This document shows positions 9,890-21,797 of a stretch of DNA of 64,000 bases, one piece after another. The translations under genes were made by a program, and so were the position numbers. The notes beneath the pieces were generated by a model that was given only the letters and a program-made list of their open reading frames with translations, had not been told where the DNA came from and did not search any database. The DNA is from Histomonas meleagridis 2922-C6/04-290x (taxonomy: Eukaryota > Protista > Parabasalia). The stretch lies in the NCBI GenBank assembly GCA_020184695.1, contig JAANOX010000003.1:62001-126000 (forward strand), written 5' to 3'. Position 1 is the first letter of the stretch. The number at the start of each line of letters is the position of its first letter.

Positions 9890-12800
9890 ATGTCTTCAAA
9901 GCAAAACAATTCAAGATTTAAAAGCGTTGTAGAGGTATTAGTCAAGGAAAAGGTAAAGTCTAGGAAAAGTTTAATCGAATTTTTATGCAAATCACAATCA
10001 ATAAGAACCGAAATTCCAAGTCTTTTCAAAACACTTGCTAAAAGCGAGAAAAAATATAGGGAGGAATATATATTACTGATATGTGAGCTTTTAAGTGAGA
10101 TAATTCAAACTTATACCCCAGAAGAACAAGTTCAATTTGCAATCCAAATTTCACAATTTCCAAATTATGTAACACGTTATGACACGTACATGAAAATAGT
10201 TGAAGCTGTCAAAAAGATGACTCCAAAGAGTGATAGTGCTGAAGATGTTTATTACAGAATTAATGAAAAGAGTGGGCCTTTTAAAGTTATTGTAGTCGCT
10301 GCGTTAAGTGAACAACTTTCAGGGCTTCAACACCGTTGCTTAAATGAGATTAGTTCCAAGTTAACATCAAATATTCCAGCACAATTTATCCTTGCTTTCT
10401 TACATATCCTTAGTTTTATTCCAGCCGAAGAGGTGTCACGCACTGACTTTTCACCTGAGAAGCTCAAAGTTACAGTTAATGATTTATTATCACGAAATAC
10501 AGATTTAGATAACAAAACTGTCCTTCGTCTTCTTCTTGATCTTCATAAGATATATCCCGGTGAAGAATTCTGTGGGTTATTTACGAACAATGCAGTACAA
10601 AATCTTAAGAAATTATTAGTATCGACAAGAGACTATGATTCATATTTCTTTAATCTCTTTGAAATCCTTCCATCGCAATCAAGTAATCCCGAGTTTACAG
10701 TTGCCACACAAATATCATCATTTCTTGCACCATTGTCATCACTTGTCAAATCATATGACGATCCAATACTTGAAAAAATTTATTCATTTATACTTCCACG
10801 TAAGAGTGACAGTGTCTTTAATAACACATTTATCTTATTAACCACAAAAGCAGATACATATAGAGCATCATTAATGATTGGCATTAAGACAAGGTTATTA
10901 TATGAAAATAATACGCTTTATGAGAAATGTTTTCCATCAGTTGCAAACCCAGAAACGTCAGGCATCATGTTAGATTTCATACCAAAAGCTATTGAAGAAG
11001 GGTTAATCTCGACGAATAATATTGGAACTACTATTAAAGCAATCATTGCAGTTATTGAAAATGAGAAATTAATATATCAAACAGAAATTCAAGAGAACTT
11101 AAATAAGGCGCTTGATTTATTAATTGATAATTATCATTTAAATATCATCGAAGCATTCATTAAAGATGTAACACGAATTAATTCAATTGATGTAATTAAT
11201 AAACTTGTTAAATTAAGTTTGGATCATTTCCCATCAGATGAAATTATAACAGAAAAGTTTAATCAAGTCGATTACTTTAATTTAGTTACATCATTCTCAC
11301 GATTTGTTACATCGAGACATTTTGAAGAAGATAAACAAAACAATATGTTAGAATTAATACTTAAGTTATCAAACATCTTAGTAAGTTCTACTAATGAAGT
11401 TGTACCTGATTTACCAATTACTGTTAGTAATTATTTAACATTTTGTATTCCATCGAATGTTAATTCAGCATTTATAGGTAATGCATATAAGTTATTAGAA
11501 ACAAATAAATCATTTGTAATTGTATTATCTACAATTAGTAAACCTTCTTCATCAGAGAAAAAGAAAATCGATGATGCAGTTGGTTCATTAATTAATCATA
11601 TTGATCTTTATGCGATTTATTATTCTTCAAGTATCGCTTATAATTCACATTCATTTTCACAATTATTAAAGAATTCTAAAAATAATAAAAATGGAATCAT
11701 TAATAAGAAATCAAGTCAATTAGCTAAATGTATCTTAGCTACAATTACTTATATACTTTATAATCTTTCATCTGGTTCATGTAAGAAGAATTTGGATAAT
11801 AAAAACATATTAAAATTGATTTATCAAGCAACGCCAAAAGAAAACTTCAAAATAGTACAAGATGAAGTCTGTGAAATGGTTAATGCATTATCGAAATGTA
11901 AACAAATTGAACCAAAAGAGAAATTTGTGGTTCGCTTAATACAAAATCCAGTTTTCTTCGAATATATACCAGGTTTATTATCTAAAGTTAAACCAAAAGA
12001 TGGAATATTTGCATTAGCAGTTCGTTCGTGGATAATTCGTTATATTTCTAACACTATATCGAAAGATAAATCACAACGAATTTTAGAGATGTTATTAGGC
12101 TATTTAAATAGTCCTAAAGCACTTGAAATCTTCATTGAAACTATTATGCCATTTTTACAAAAAGAAGAAAATGTAATCGAAACACTTAAATTAAGTATAT
12201 TTGTATCACAATATTGTATTGAGAATGGTATTAAATATCATTGTGATCCTACTAATTTAATATTAATTACATGTAGTCCATGTTTATCATTAAATGATGA
12301 TACAAGAATTGTAGCTACAACATTCTTTGTTACTATATTTGAGTTAAATGATTTTAGTGAATCATATAAAAGTGATCAACCAGCATCAGAAGTGAAAGTA
12401 ATATTTGTTGAATTATTCCAAAAAATATTCGAAAAGATTCTCGCTCCAATATCAGTTGGAATATTTGAGAAAATCGTTGATAAGTCAGCTTATACATTAT
12501 CTGATTTATTAATGATGAGAGTTATAGTATTATTATATCATGCAGAGTTATTAAAGTCGAAGAAGATGCCATTAGAGAAAATACTTTTGTTTAAGCCACA
12601 AAAATCTGATCCTGAAAACACAGAACAAATCCATAAAATCATTTTATGTTTTGCAGAAAACCAAACAAAAGCATTTGTACGATATATTTATCAAGCGCCA
12701 ATTAATGAAGTTGTTGTTAATTGTATACCTAAAATCTTCCAAAACAATAAAATCAGAGATTTGTTCTTAGAAGAAATGATATTATGTACTGCCGAAATCA

Positions 12801-14005
12801 AAAAAGCTTCAACGGCAAGTTCTGGATTTAAGATATTATTAGATTTAATACCATTAAATTTGAATGGCGACTTTAATGGAATATTAATAACATTATTATT
12901 ATTATGGTATGGAATATTATTCTATGATAAGAACATTAAAAACGAAAGTATTAACGCATCACATCTTAAAGATATATCTGTTAACTTCGGCGCAATCACA
13001 CGAACTAAAAACATTAATTTCTCTGTCGAATCATTGAACTCATTAATTACAACTGTACAATATATTGTCGAAAACATTTTATATATGGAATTCTCACAAA
13101 TCGAATTATTAATTAAAAGCTTCCAAAAGGCAACAGCTGCAAGTAATGAAGCGACATTTATTATCACCGGAATTTTGTTTTTGGAATTCTTCTCTCGGTT
13201 CACTGCTTATTCGGCACAAAACGCAAAACAATTACAAACGGAAATCATCGAAATCATTTCAGGAGCTTTCGAACATGGCCGTGGCTTAGGCCTACGAATG
13301 ATATCTTGTGCATTTAACAATCGAATTGATATAAATGGATTCTTGAAAATGCCAGAAAACACTCGTCTAATAATCTTCAAAAGTGTCAACAATTCGATAC
13401 TTGAAAAGATTTCAAATTATTTGGATGAAACTGCGAATTTGTTCTGTTGGATGTTATATCCGATTTTCGACATTTTGCCACAAGATAATATTATCAATTT
13501 TCAGACGACCATTCAAAAGATCTTTGAAAAAGTTCCACTGACCTCTGAAATTTTGAGGGCAATTTTGTTCTTGGTGAATAAGGAAATTCATATAATAGAA
13601 ACTACAACGAAAAAGGCGAAGTTGTCATATGCAAACTTGTTAATATTAAGTATTAAAGGTAAGAAAGAAGAAAATGATAACTTAATATTCGATATACTGA
13701 AAAGCATCTCGAAGACTGAAGACGAATTCGGAGTAATTAATTTCATTTTGGAACAAATTAAAGGAACAAACGAACTGAAGACAATTATCGCAGAGTTCTC
13801 AAGCGGTATACAGATTGAGGCAGTGACGCCAAGAAGATATAACTATATGCTGGCTCTGTATGCCAAGAAAGCAGAGTACCACAGCGACAAGAAAGACGAG
13901 TTCAAACATTTCGTGTCAACAATGTTCAAGTTGACAATCGGTTTGTCTGGTATGCCACAGCACCCATGTCACGAACTCGCTCTTGACTCCATACTTAAAT
14001 TGTAA
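9890..14005 (+). CDS. Large HEAT/ARM-like alpha-solenoid protein (1371 aa), function unknown
   Basis: Long intact ORF with an ATG start and amphipathic helical composition. No catalytic motif recognised. Confidence 0.6.
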   Translation: MSSKQNNSRFKSVVEVLVKEKVKSRKSLIEFLCKSQSIRTEIPSLFKTLAKSEKKYREEYILLICELLSEIIQTYTPEEQVQFAIQISQFPNYVTRYDTYMKIVEAVKKMTPKSDSAEDVYYRINEKSGPFKVIVVAALSEQLSGLQHRCLNEISSKLTSNIPAQFILAFLHILSFIPAEEVSRTDFSPEKLKVTVNDLLSRNTDLDNKTVLRLLLDLHKIYPGEEFCGLFTNNAVQNLKKLLVSTRDYDSYFFNLFEILPSQSSNPEFTVATQISSFLAPLSSLVKSYDDPILEKIYSFILPRKSDSVFNNTFILLTTKADTYRASLMIGIKTRLLYENNTLYEKCFPSVANPETSGIMLDFIPKAIEEGLISTNNIGTTIKAIIAVIENEKLIYQTEIQENLNKALDLLIDNYHLNIIEAFIKDVTRINSIDVINKLVKLSLDHFPSDEIITEKFNQVDYFNLVTSFSRFVTSRHFEEDKQNNMLELILKLSNILVSSTNEVVPDLPITVSNYLTFCIPSNVNSAFIGNAYKLLETNKSFVIVLSTISKPSSSEKKKIDDAVGSLINHIDLYAIYYSSSIAYNSHSFSQLLKNSKNNKNGIINKKSSQLAKCILATITYILYNLSSGSCKKNLDNKNILKLIYQATPKENFKIVQDEVCEMVNALSKCKQIEPKEKFVVRLIQNPVFFEYIPGLLSKVKPKDGIFALAVRSWIIRYISNTISKDKSQRILEMLLGYLNSPKALEIFIETIMPFLQKEENVIETLKLSIFVSQYCIENGIKYHCDPTNLILITCSPCLSLNDDTRIVATTFFVTIFELNDFSESYKSDQPASEVKVIFVELFQKIFEKILAPISVGIFEKIVDKSAYTLSDLLMMRVIVLLYHAELLKSKKMPLEKILLFKPQKSDPENTEQIHKIILCFAENQTKAFVRYIYQAPINEVVVNCIPKIFQNNKIRDLFLEEMILCTAEIKKASTASSGFKILLDLIPLNLNGDFNGILITLLLLWYGILFYDKNIKNESINASHLKDISVNFGAITRTKNINFSVESLNSLITTVQYIVENILYMEFSQIELLIKSFQKATAASNEATFIITGILFLEFFSRFTAYSAQNAKQLQTEIIEIISGAFEHGRGLGLRMISCAFNNRIDINGFLKMPENTRLIIFKSVNNSILEKISNYLDETANLFCWMLYPIFDILPQDNIINFQTTIQKIFEKVPLTSEILRAILFLVNKEIHIIETTTKKAKLSYANLLILSIKGKKEENDNLIFDILKSISKTEDEFGVINFILEQIKGTNELKTIIAEFSSGIQIEAVTPRRYNYMLALYAKKAEYHSDKKDEFKHFVSTMFKLTIGLSGMPQHPCHELALDSILKL

Positions 14006-14428
14006 AAAATAAATAAAAAAAAATTAATTTTAAAATATTTCGATTTTGTACAAAATTTGTGGTTTTCATATTGGAAAAAATGGAACAAAATGTGCAGTGG
14101 GCGCACCAACGTTTGGATTAAATAAGATCTGTTTATGATTAAAAACAATACAAATTCGTTTGTGCAAATAGTCAGATTTAGAATGAACATAAATAAAGAA
14201 TTAAGCCGTTGTCTTTTATTTAGAATTGTGATAAGAAACCAGATTTAGATGTGGCATTAGTCATATATCACGCCATAGATGATTGATATTACATCATTTT
14301 CAACAAGTGATAACAAAATATTTTATTTTCATGATATGTAAATTAAAATTTTTTAGGTTTGTTTGTTTCGAAATTTTTTAAGTGGGGTCAATAATGGAAA
14401 TACTTAAATGTGGGATACTCTCAATAGA

Positions 14429-15350
14429 TTATTTTTCTTTGTGAAGAAAATCTTTTTCTTTTTTAGTTTTTCTGTATAAACAAAACAACAGGATGAAAAC
14501 AATTATTATAATACCAAGTATTGTACAAAATATGATTGGTAAAATCAAGCCAATATTGTCATTTTGTACATTACATTTTCTTTTTAAATGATCAGTAAGT
14601 TCGATATTAATACCTTTCCAATAATTTTCACTACAATTTGTTCCTTTACAATCATATTTATAATTACTCTTACTATAATAGTCTAAACAAAGACTAATGT
14701 TATCTATTGTTGTAGTTGAAAAAATATTTTCATTAAATGTGATTGGTGATGACATTGATAACATAAGATATTTTAAACTTTTACAATTCTCAAATATTTT
14801 TGTTGCGTTTTCAGATACTTCTCGTAAAAATATTAAAGATAATTTTCCTAAGTTTGTACATCCTGAAAAATGTCCATCTCCGTCAAATTTAGAAACAGGT
14901 AAATCAAGACTTTTTAATCCTGTACAATTCATAAAACAATATGCTGGAAGTGTGGTAACTTGAGGAAAACTAACTTCAATCAAACTAATACAACCCGTAA
15001 ACATAAAATTGACAAGACGCGTTGTTATATCTAAACTAAGTGATCTTAATGATGTACAATTTAAAAATGTAAATCTACCATAGAATTCAATTATTAATGC
15101 AAATTCAAAACCTGAATCAGATTCATTCATCGATTTGAATTTTGGCATATTAATATTTCGTAAATTTCGGCAGTTATGAAACAAATAACTTTTCGTGGTT
15201 TCCAAATTTTGTAATGATACATTTTCAAGACTTTGAATATTCCTAAATAAACCTCTTGGTGAATTTACAAGAGAATTATTTTTAGTGAATTACAATTTTT
15301 TGCGATTGGTCCTTGCGTTTTTGGAGTTACACTAACAAAATTAATTTTTG
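14429..15350 (-). pseudogene. BspA-like leucine-rich-repeat membrane protein, 5'-degenerate (probable pseudogene)
   Basis: It has LRR_5-type repeats (FLNCTSLRSLSL, FMNCTGLKSLDLP), a C-terminal TM segment (LILPIIFCTILGIIIIVFILLFCLY) and a basic tail. The called start at 15205 is TTG. The frame extends upstream to about 15290, then hits a stop/frameshift (PIAKNCNSLKII lies in another frame). Further decayed coding-like fragments reach about 15660. Confidence 0.6.
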
Positions 15351-16213
15351 ATAAGAATATTTATGTTTTGTTAAATATAACAATATAATGTTAATATTAA
15401 GAAAATAAAAGTAATATTAAATATTAAGCTGCAAAGGAAATATAAAAATTATTTTTTAGTTTCAAGATATCTTTATTTGAAAAGAAGATTTGTCTCTGGT
15501 CAACATTTACTCAATTCCTGAATCCGAACACACATTGTCAATTGTTGGGCCATTTCCTTTCTTGTCTAAAAAAAGTATGTTTTAATGCTCTGATGAATCC
15601 AATCCAGCTCATCTGACAATGAGGATTTGATTACCTGAGCACCTTTACTAAAATCTAACACATAGAATTATAAAAAAAAATTAATTTTTATTTGCTAGAA
15701 GTTATAATTTTAATCATCGGACTTTCTCAATAAACAACTGTTGAACACGATCATATCTTTGTTTGTTTTGTTTTATTTTTATAGATTTAATAAATCAAAT
15801 TAATTTTTTCAATAAATCAAATTTTCTGAGTTTAATTAAAACAAGCGATACAACTTCTCTCTTCTTCATCTCTTTGAGCTTTGCTTAATTTTTTTTAAAA
15901 CCAATTTTTATAAAAATTACTTTAATTAAAAAATAACACTCTATATTTGTATAGCCAAAGCCAACCAAACAATGACCAAAAAACATGTTTTATTTATAAA
16001 AATGGTTTGAAAGAGCGCTTTAAAGAAATTAATGTGATGATCATTTTTTCTTTCCTTTTCTGTGGAACTCCATAAAGTGAAGGAATAACAAAAACAAGAA
16101 ATGGAGCAAAAAAGATGTCAAAAGAAATACCAAGAAAAACTCGATTTTCGTCATAGTAGCAATAAATCTGTGTTTGATTAACTTAACGTTCATTCAAAAT
16201 ACGTTAAAAACCA

Positions 16214-17662
16214 ATGGAAGAAAATAAAAACAATGAAACAACATCAAAGAAGAGCCTATTTTCTATCCAAGTTGATGACGTTATCATGCAACGTATATTC
16301 AAAACATTGGAGGATGAAATAAAAAATTTAACAAAAGAATTATCAGAAGTTAAGTCAGAATTAAAACAGTTTGCAACAAAACAAGATGTTAGCTATCTCT
16401 CTGAAAGAGTAGTAGATCTTCAAATTAAAACAGATGAATATTCAACAAAAGTCAATGAAAACATAACAACATTATCCGAAGAATTCACAAAATCGCTTAA
16501 AGAGACAAAGCAAAACTTCGACGACCAACTATCGGATGCTATTTTTTCTGTGAATAATGCAGTTCGAGCCCAAAACTCCTTAATTGAAGAAAAGATCTTT
16601 TTTATTTCTCAACCATCAATTGAATTTGGAGCAATAAAATCCGATGTTTCTCAACTTAAGAAAGATAACCTAGAGCTTAAATCACAAAATGAGAAGATAC
16701 AAAATTTTTTTTTCTCATTTGTAAAAGACATGAATATTGAATCAGGATCTCAATATACACTTCCTTCAGTTATACAATATGCCACCAAAGAAGATCATGA
16801 ACAAATCGCTAAATTAAGTACTGCATATGATGAATTTGAATCTAAAATTAAATCATTTTCACAAAGAATTGATATGTTAATTGGTCCTGAAGTAAAAAAG
16901 CTTCCTGAATATGGTAAAGCTAATCGATATCCATCAAGTGAAAAACCTAAAATACCAACACTTCCATCACCGAAATCATTTTTTGATTATTTTGAATATC
17001 TGATGAAACTTGCACCTTCCATCCAAAAAGTTTTTAATTGTTTTTATAGACAAATAAACAAAATCAATGAAAAGATGAACGATGAAAGTGAAAGGATATC
17101 TCAATTTAAACAAATAGATCAAGCAATAAATAAAATGTATTCAATAAAAGACGAATTTGATAAAAAATTGGATGAAGCAATTAATCAAAATCAACTAAAA
17201 GAAATTTCTAAAAAGGTTAATAATATGGAAGACAAATTTGTTGAAAAATCTTTATTCAATGAAATTAGATCTATTGTCGATGAATTGCCCTCAAAATATG
17301 CTACAAGAGAAGAATTAGATGAGGTAACAAATGATTTTCATGCTTCATTAAATAATATAATTAATAATTATGATCAAAAATTTGAATCACTTTCATATAA
17401 AAATGATTCTTTACCCGCAATTGCAGCTGTTTCTCCAAGAGGCAAAGCTTCGTTTAATATGATATATGGTGGATATGATACATCTCCTAGAGATGGGCCT
17501 AAAATAATTAGAGTTTCTAAAAATAAAATAAAAAAAGAAGAAATTGAAGAAGTAGGAAAATCACCTAGAAGAACTCCTCGAAATCCAACAAGGGTTCAAC
17601 TTGGTGAAGATCAATATTCATTACAGAAACAACCAATTCATGGGGTTTCAAGAATTATATGA
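16214..17662 (+). CDS. Coiled-coil protein, function unknown (482 aa)
   Basis: Intact ATG ORF, E/K-rich heptads, and a basic SP-rich C-terminus (SPRGK, SPRRTPR). Confidence 0.7.
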   Translation: MEENKNNETTSKKSLFSIQVDDVIMQRIFKTLEDEIKNLTKELSEVKSELKQFATKQDVSYLSERVVDLQIKTDEYSTKVNENITTLSEEFTKSLKETKQNFDDQLSDAIFSVNNAVRAQNSLIEEKIFFISQPSIEFGAIKSDVSQLKKDNLELKSQNEKIQNFFFSFVKDMNIESGSQYTLPSVIQYATKEDHEQIAKLSTAYDEFESKIKSFSQRIDMLIGPEVKKLPEYGKANRYPSSEKPKIPTLPSPKSFFDYFEYLMKLAPSIQKVFNCFYRQINKINEKMNDESERISQFKQIDQAINKMYSIKDEFDKKLDEAINQNQLKEISKKVNNMEDKFVEKSLFNEIRSIVDELPSKYATREELDEVTNDFHASLNNIINNYDQKFESLSYKNDSLPAIAAVSPRGKASFNMIYGGYDTSPRDGPKIIRVSKNKIKKEEIEEVGKSPRRTPRNPTRVQLGEDQYSLQKQPIHGVSRII

Positions 17663-17733
17663 TTTTTATTGTTAAAACTTATTAGATTTGTTTTTTTTAT
17701 AATTTTTTTTTTTAAAATTGCATCGTTATATAA

Positions 17734-17739
17734 ACCGTT
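17734..17739 (+). promoter_or_regulatory. ACCGTT, M3/Myb-like core promoter motif
   Basis: It lies 13 nt upstream of the ATG at 17752. The same hexamer sits just upstream of ATG 60811 and twice upstream of 48325. It matches the trichomonad M3-type element (inference). Confidence 0.35.
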
Positions 17740-17751
17740 AAAAGTCAACAA

Positions 17752-20034
17752 ATGAAATCAAGCCAACAGGATTTCATAGAAGGACCAATTTTCAAAACAT
17801 ATTTCCCACACCTTCACGAACTCCAACTTGGCGGGACATTTACAATATTTATTAAAGAACATTCAGCTGATGAAAATCGTGGCATCCAACCAGCAACTAC
17901 AAGTTTCATTTGTTCTCTTTTTGGTCCATTTTTATCAGCAACTCTTCAGCGTTCAAGCAATTATGGAAAACATCCATTTTTTCATAATTATCATTTATTT
18001 CTTCCTCACTTTATGGCAGCTACTACTAAAGGAAATATTTCAATCCACCTTGTACCAATTCATCCTGATGTAATGATTGAAATTGTAATTACTTTTGCAT
18101 CAATTCCACAATGTTTAGAATGGTATAATGCAATAAAAAAAATTGAAAAAATAATAAATGACTTATCCCATGTCCCAAACAAAGTAGCACTTCCAGTTAA
18201 ATGTATTAAGTATAAAATGAGAAAGATTACACAAAAAAATATGGAAATTGTTATCCAAGGATTAAATTCCAAAATCATTTTTGATGATCCTGAAAAAGGT
18301 ACTGATTCTCGCAAGTCTATTCCTCTTAATTATAAGACTTCAGCTCTAATTCCATACAATCATTGTGATTTTCTTCTCGAAGATTATTTTGTATCATTTT
18401 ACATTAAAAACCATTCAAAGCCCATTAAGTTCATTGTCTTTGAATCTAAAGATATGTTATATGCATTTTTTACCATTATTCATGTTATTATTTATCAACA
18501 GATATTAAACCACAGAAAATCATCTAAACCAATATACTTTTTTGCTAAGCCCATTCCTCAGCCAAACAAAGATCTTGTTTTTTCTGATATTGTTTTCACT
18601 AGTTTAAATAATCATAACTTCCAATCACAAGTTGAATACAAATGCACAGCTGATCCATACCTTTTTTCTAAATACCCTGTTGTTCCATCTAAAGCTTCAA
18701 AAGATCTTCAACTTCTTTCGTTTGAACATGAAATCCAACGGCGGTTAATAATCGTCAAACCACCCCAAACAAACGGTCGCGCTCCAATTCAAAGAACATC
18801 ACAATCAAATTTTCAACATTTTTCATCATCATCTTTTGAAGATCAAATGTCACTTCTTCGTTCCAATTATCCAGATAATATTCCTCAATATAATTTAAAG
18901 CCATCTAGCAAACTTCCATTTCATATCTTTTCCAAATTTGATTCATTAATTTTAATGAAATCATCGAATGAAATCTTAAAATCTTTTTTTTCTCGATCAG
19001 AGATACGACCAGAGATACGACAAATCTGTAATATGTTAAATTATCCATGTCCTCCAATTGTTGAGCATGCGATAGGTGAACAAATGATATTTCAAATCAC
19101 ATCTTCGATATCAGATTTACCGAATTCATTTCAAATGAATGATCCTAATTATATTCGTTTATGTTCATTAATTTCATCATTATTCTTTGAGTATAATTCC
19201 AATGATTCAGTTGTACCAATCATTAAACAATTAATCGAAAACAACAATGAATTAAATGATTTGTTTCCAATGGGATTAACAGCATTTCAATCAGTTACGT
19301 TATTTATCTCGCGACTTTTTTTTAAGAATCGTTTTAAAGATTTTTATAATTTAATCCTTGCGAACTTTGAATGGAGAAACAAAAACTTTAAATCATTTTC
19401 ATGGATTTGTGATGTATCATTTCTTGAGTTACTTTATTCAGCAATCATTCCAATTAATCAAAAGACATTTATTAAAGGAAGTTTCAACATATCATTGATA
19501 CCTGAGAAGCCGATTTTTATTGAGCGCAAAGATACTATCATTCATAGCATCGTTAAAACTATACAAACACAAGTTCGACAAGGAACTAGTAATAATGTAT
19601 TAAATGAAATGATTGCGCGCATTATAATAATACTCTGCGATTTGTTCTCTGATGGTTTCATTGCACCTAAAACAGCAATTTTGCCGCAGCTAAGAAATGG
19701 TTGGTATTGTTTATGCGTTGCAAGTAAATTGCAAATACAATCGCCTGAAATAGTAGCACTAAAAAGAGCTGTCGACGAGGCGATAATGAGCGATAGAGAG
19801 AACCCACGAGAGCTAATGATGATGGCACTGAACATGGGATTCAAGTGCGGAATGGTGGCGCCGTGGATAATTTATATGGCGGTGGCGGCAAAGGAGAACG
19901 AATTATATGAAAAAGATGCGGATTTGATGAACGATCAATTGGTGACTTCGGTGGCCGACTCATTGTATTATATATCGAATTTGTTGGTGGAAATGACGAA
20001 TGAGGAATTGTTTGAAATTGTAAAAAACTTTTAG
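17752..20034 (+). CDS. Hypothetical protein with a possible PH-like N-terminal region and RUN-like C-terminal domain
   Basis: The C-terminus LCDLFSDGF...NGWYCL...MALNMGFKCGMVAPWIIYM...LYEKDADLMND resembles the RUN-domain pattern. The segment FASIPQCLEWYNAIKK resembles a PH C-terminal helix. Confidence 0.5.
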   Translation: MKSSQQDFIEGPIFKTYFPHLHELQLGGTFTIFIKEHSADENRGIQPATTSFICSLFGPFLSATLQRSSNYGKHPFFHNYHLFLPHFMAATTKGNISIHLVPIHPDVMIEIVITFASIPQCLEWYNAIKKIEKIINDLSHVPNKVALPVKCIKYKMRKITQKNMEIVIQGLNSKIIFDDPEKGTDSRKSIPLNYKTSALIPYNHCDFLLEDYFVSFYIKNHSKPIKFIVFESKDMLYAFFTIIHVIIYQQILNHRKSSKPIYFFAKPIPQPNKDLVFSDIVFTSLNNHNFQSQVEYKCTADPYLFSKYPVVPSKASKDLQLLSFEHEIQRRLIIVKPPQTNGRAPIQRTSQSNFQHFSSSSFEDQMSLLRSNYPDNIPQYNLKPSSKLPFHIFSKFDSLILMKSSNEILKSFFSRSEIRPEIRQICNMLNYPCPPIVEHAIGEQMIFQITSSISDLPNSFQMNDPNYIRLCSLISSLFFEYNSNDSVVPIIKQLIENNNELNDLFPMGLTAFQSVTLFISRLFFKNRFKDFYNLILANFEWRNKNFKSFSWICDVSFLELLYSAIIPINQKTFIKGSFNISLIPEKPIFIERKDTIIHSIVKTIQTQVRQGTSNNVLNEMIARIIIILCDLFSDGFIAPKTAILPQLRNGWYCLCVASKLQIQSPEIVALKRAVDEAIMSDRENPRELMMMALNMGFKCGMVAPWIIYMAVAAKENELYEKDADLMNDQLVTSVADSLYYISNLLVEMTNEELFEIVKNF

Positions 20035-20621
20035 AAATAAATAAATTATTTTGTGTTTTTATATGTAGTTTTAAACAAAATGTTAATGATTTTTATGAAT
20101 AAAATATTCACAAATATAGACTGCAGTGAAAAACTTGTAGACCGACACCTTAATATAATCCATGTTTTCATTGTAGCATTATTCATAGACAATATATTTA
20201 GTAATATATATGCTAAATAAATTTTCTTCAATTTAACTTTGTTATTTTCGTAATATTCCTATTTTTTACTCATTTTACTATGGATGGAGGAAACACAAAA
20301 AAAAATTTCACGATTTTCTTTACATATTTCAATTAATTCATATTTTTGGGACGGAATATATGTTAAAATTTATGATTTATCTAAAATTTTGATGTCGATC
20401 TACAAGTTTATCACTGTAGTCTTTTAAGATTGACATTATGTGAAACATCCAATCAAATAACACCTTTTCATGATTACCTATTAGACAAGCACAAAAAAAG
20501 ACACCAAATATTCATATTCATAGTGATATAACTGTACGAAAATTATATTAAATATTTTAATAGAAAACAATTTATATGCACAACGGAAATGATTATTACG
20601 TGAGAAAAATATTTATTTCGT

Positions 20622-21797
20622 TTATTTTGCATAAATTGGTTGGCCTTTGGCATTGATAGCCTCTGTTCCATTTTCTTTATATTCCTTATTCGACACTATA
20701 AAATTATTAAAACTTGTACACGAACCCATAATCGAGCCTCCGATCCAAACAGATTCGACTTGGTCTTTATCAGCCTTTACATTAATTTTCATTTTATTGT
20801 TTGTTAACTTCAGAAGTTCATTTTCGATTCTTTTTGCGAAACCTTTTAATTGCATTGAACCTCCGGAAAGAATTACATTATAGTATAGATGCTGTGGGAT
20901 ATTACCTTCGCATGTACTAATTGAATCATAAATTGTTTGTGAAATTCCGTCAATTTCGAACCCATTAACATATGGCGTAAATAAAAGTTCACCGCATTCA
21001 TACATTTCTTTTCCAATTGTAATCTCTTTTCCATTATCAAATCGATGCGTAATGTTTTCGACAGCAGATTTCGAAGTGTCATCAGTTGATACATAGCAAT
21101 ATTTCTCTTTGATTTCATTAAGTTCAAGATATTCATTGATTGTTTGGAATCCGGGAGAATGTTTGTTGAGAAGCTTTCGAAGATAACATGTGACATCGCG
21201 CCCTCCTAAGTCAAGTTTCTTTGCGCCTGAAGTTAAAACGTAGCCATTATGTAATGGAAGAACACTTGTGATCGAATCACCACATAAAACTGTTACACAT
21301 GATGTACGACCATTTGCATTGTATGCAAGAAAGTTCGAATTAAGAACAGAAAAGTTTGGAACATTAAATTTCTCATACATGATTTGGCAAAAATACTCAC
21401 GACTTTTCCTGCTGTATGACTTAGACCTGAACATTGGTTCGGAAAATAGAAAGTTGTAGTCAGAGATTTTGACATCATGGAAAAGTACTTTCAAAATATA
21501 GTCAAGATATTTTTCCATATCATTCCAGTTTGTAACAACACCACGTTGAACAGGAGACCAAAGATCAAGAAGGCCTGAGTTATAAATTGCTTCATCGCCA
21601 ACATAGATATCTCTCATCTTGACAACTTGATACAATAATACTTTTGGATTTTCTTTCGTATCACCAAGGATTGTGGGGACAATATGCTTTGGGGCTTCTT
21701 CTCCAGCAAAACCTACACGAGTATTTGCTGAACCAATATCAACCACAATGGTTTTGTCTTCCTCCATTGCACAAGGTGGAAAGCTTTTTGAATACAT
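20622..21797 (-). CDS. Divergent actin family protein
   Basis: Actin motifs: IVVDIGSANTRVGFAGEEAP, YVGDEA, PVQRGVVTNWNDMEK, LDLGGRDVT, NVILSGGS, SVWIGGSI. The true start may be the ATG at 21767 (MEEDK). Confidence 0.9.
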   Translation of the reverse strand: MYSKSFPPCAMEEDKTIVVDIGSANTRVGFAGEEAPKHIVPTILGDTKENPKVLLYQVVKMRDIYVGDEAIYNSGLLDLWSPVQRGVVTNWNDMEKYLDYILKVLFHDVKISDYNFLFSEPMFRSKSYSRKSREYFCQIMYEKFNVPNFSVLNSNFLAYNANGRTSCVTVLCGDSITSVLPLHNGYVLTSGAKKLDLGGRDVTCYLRKLLNKHSPGFQTINEYLELNEIKEKYCYVSTDDTSKSAVENITHRFDNGKEITIGKEMYECGELLFTPYVNGFEIDGISQTIYDSISTCEGNIPQHLYYNVILSGGSMQLKGFAKRIENELLKLTNNKMKINVKADKDQVESVWIGGSIMGSCTSFNNFIVSNKEYKENGTEAINAKGQPIYAK

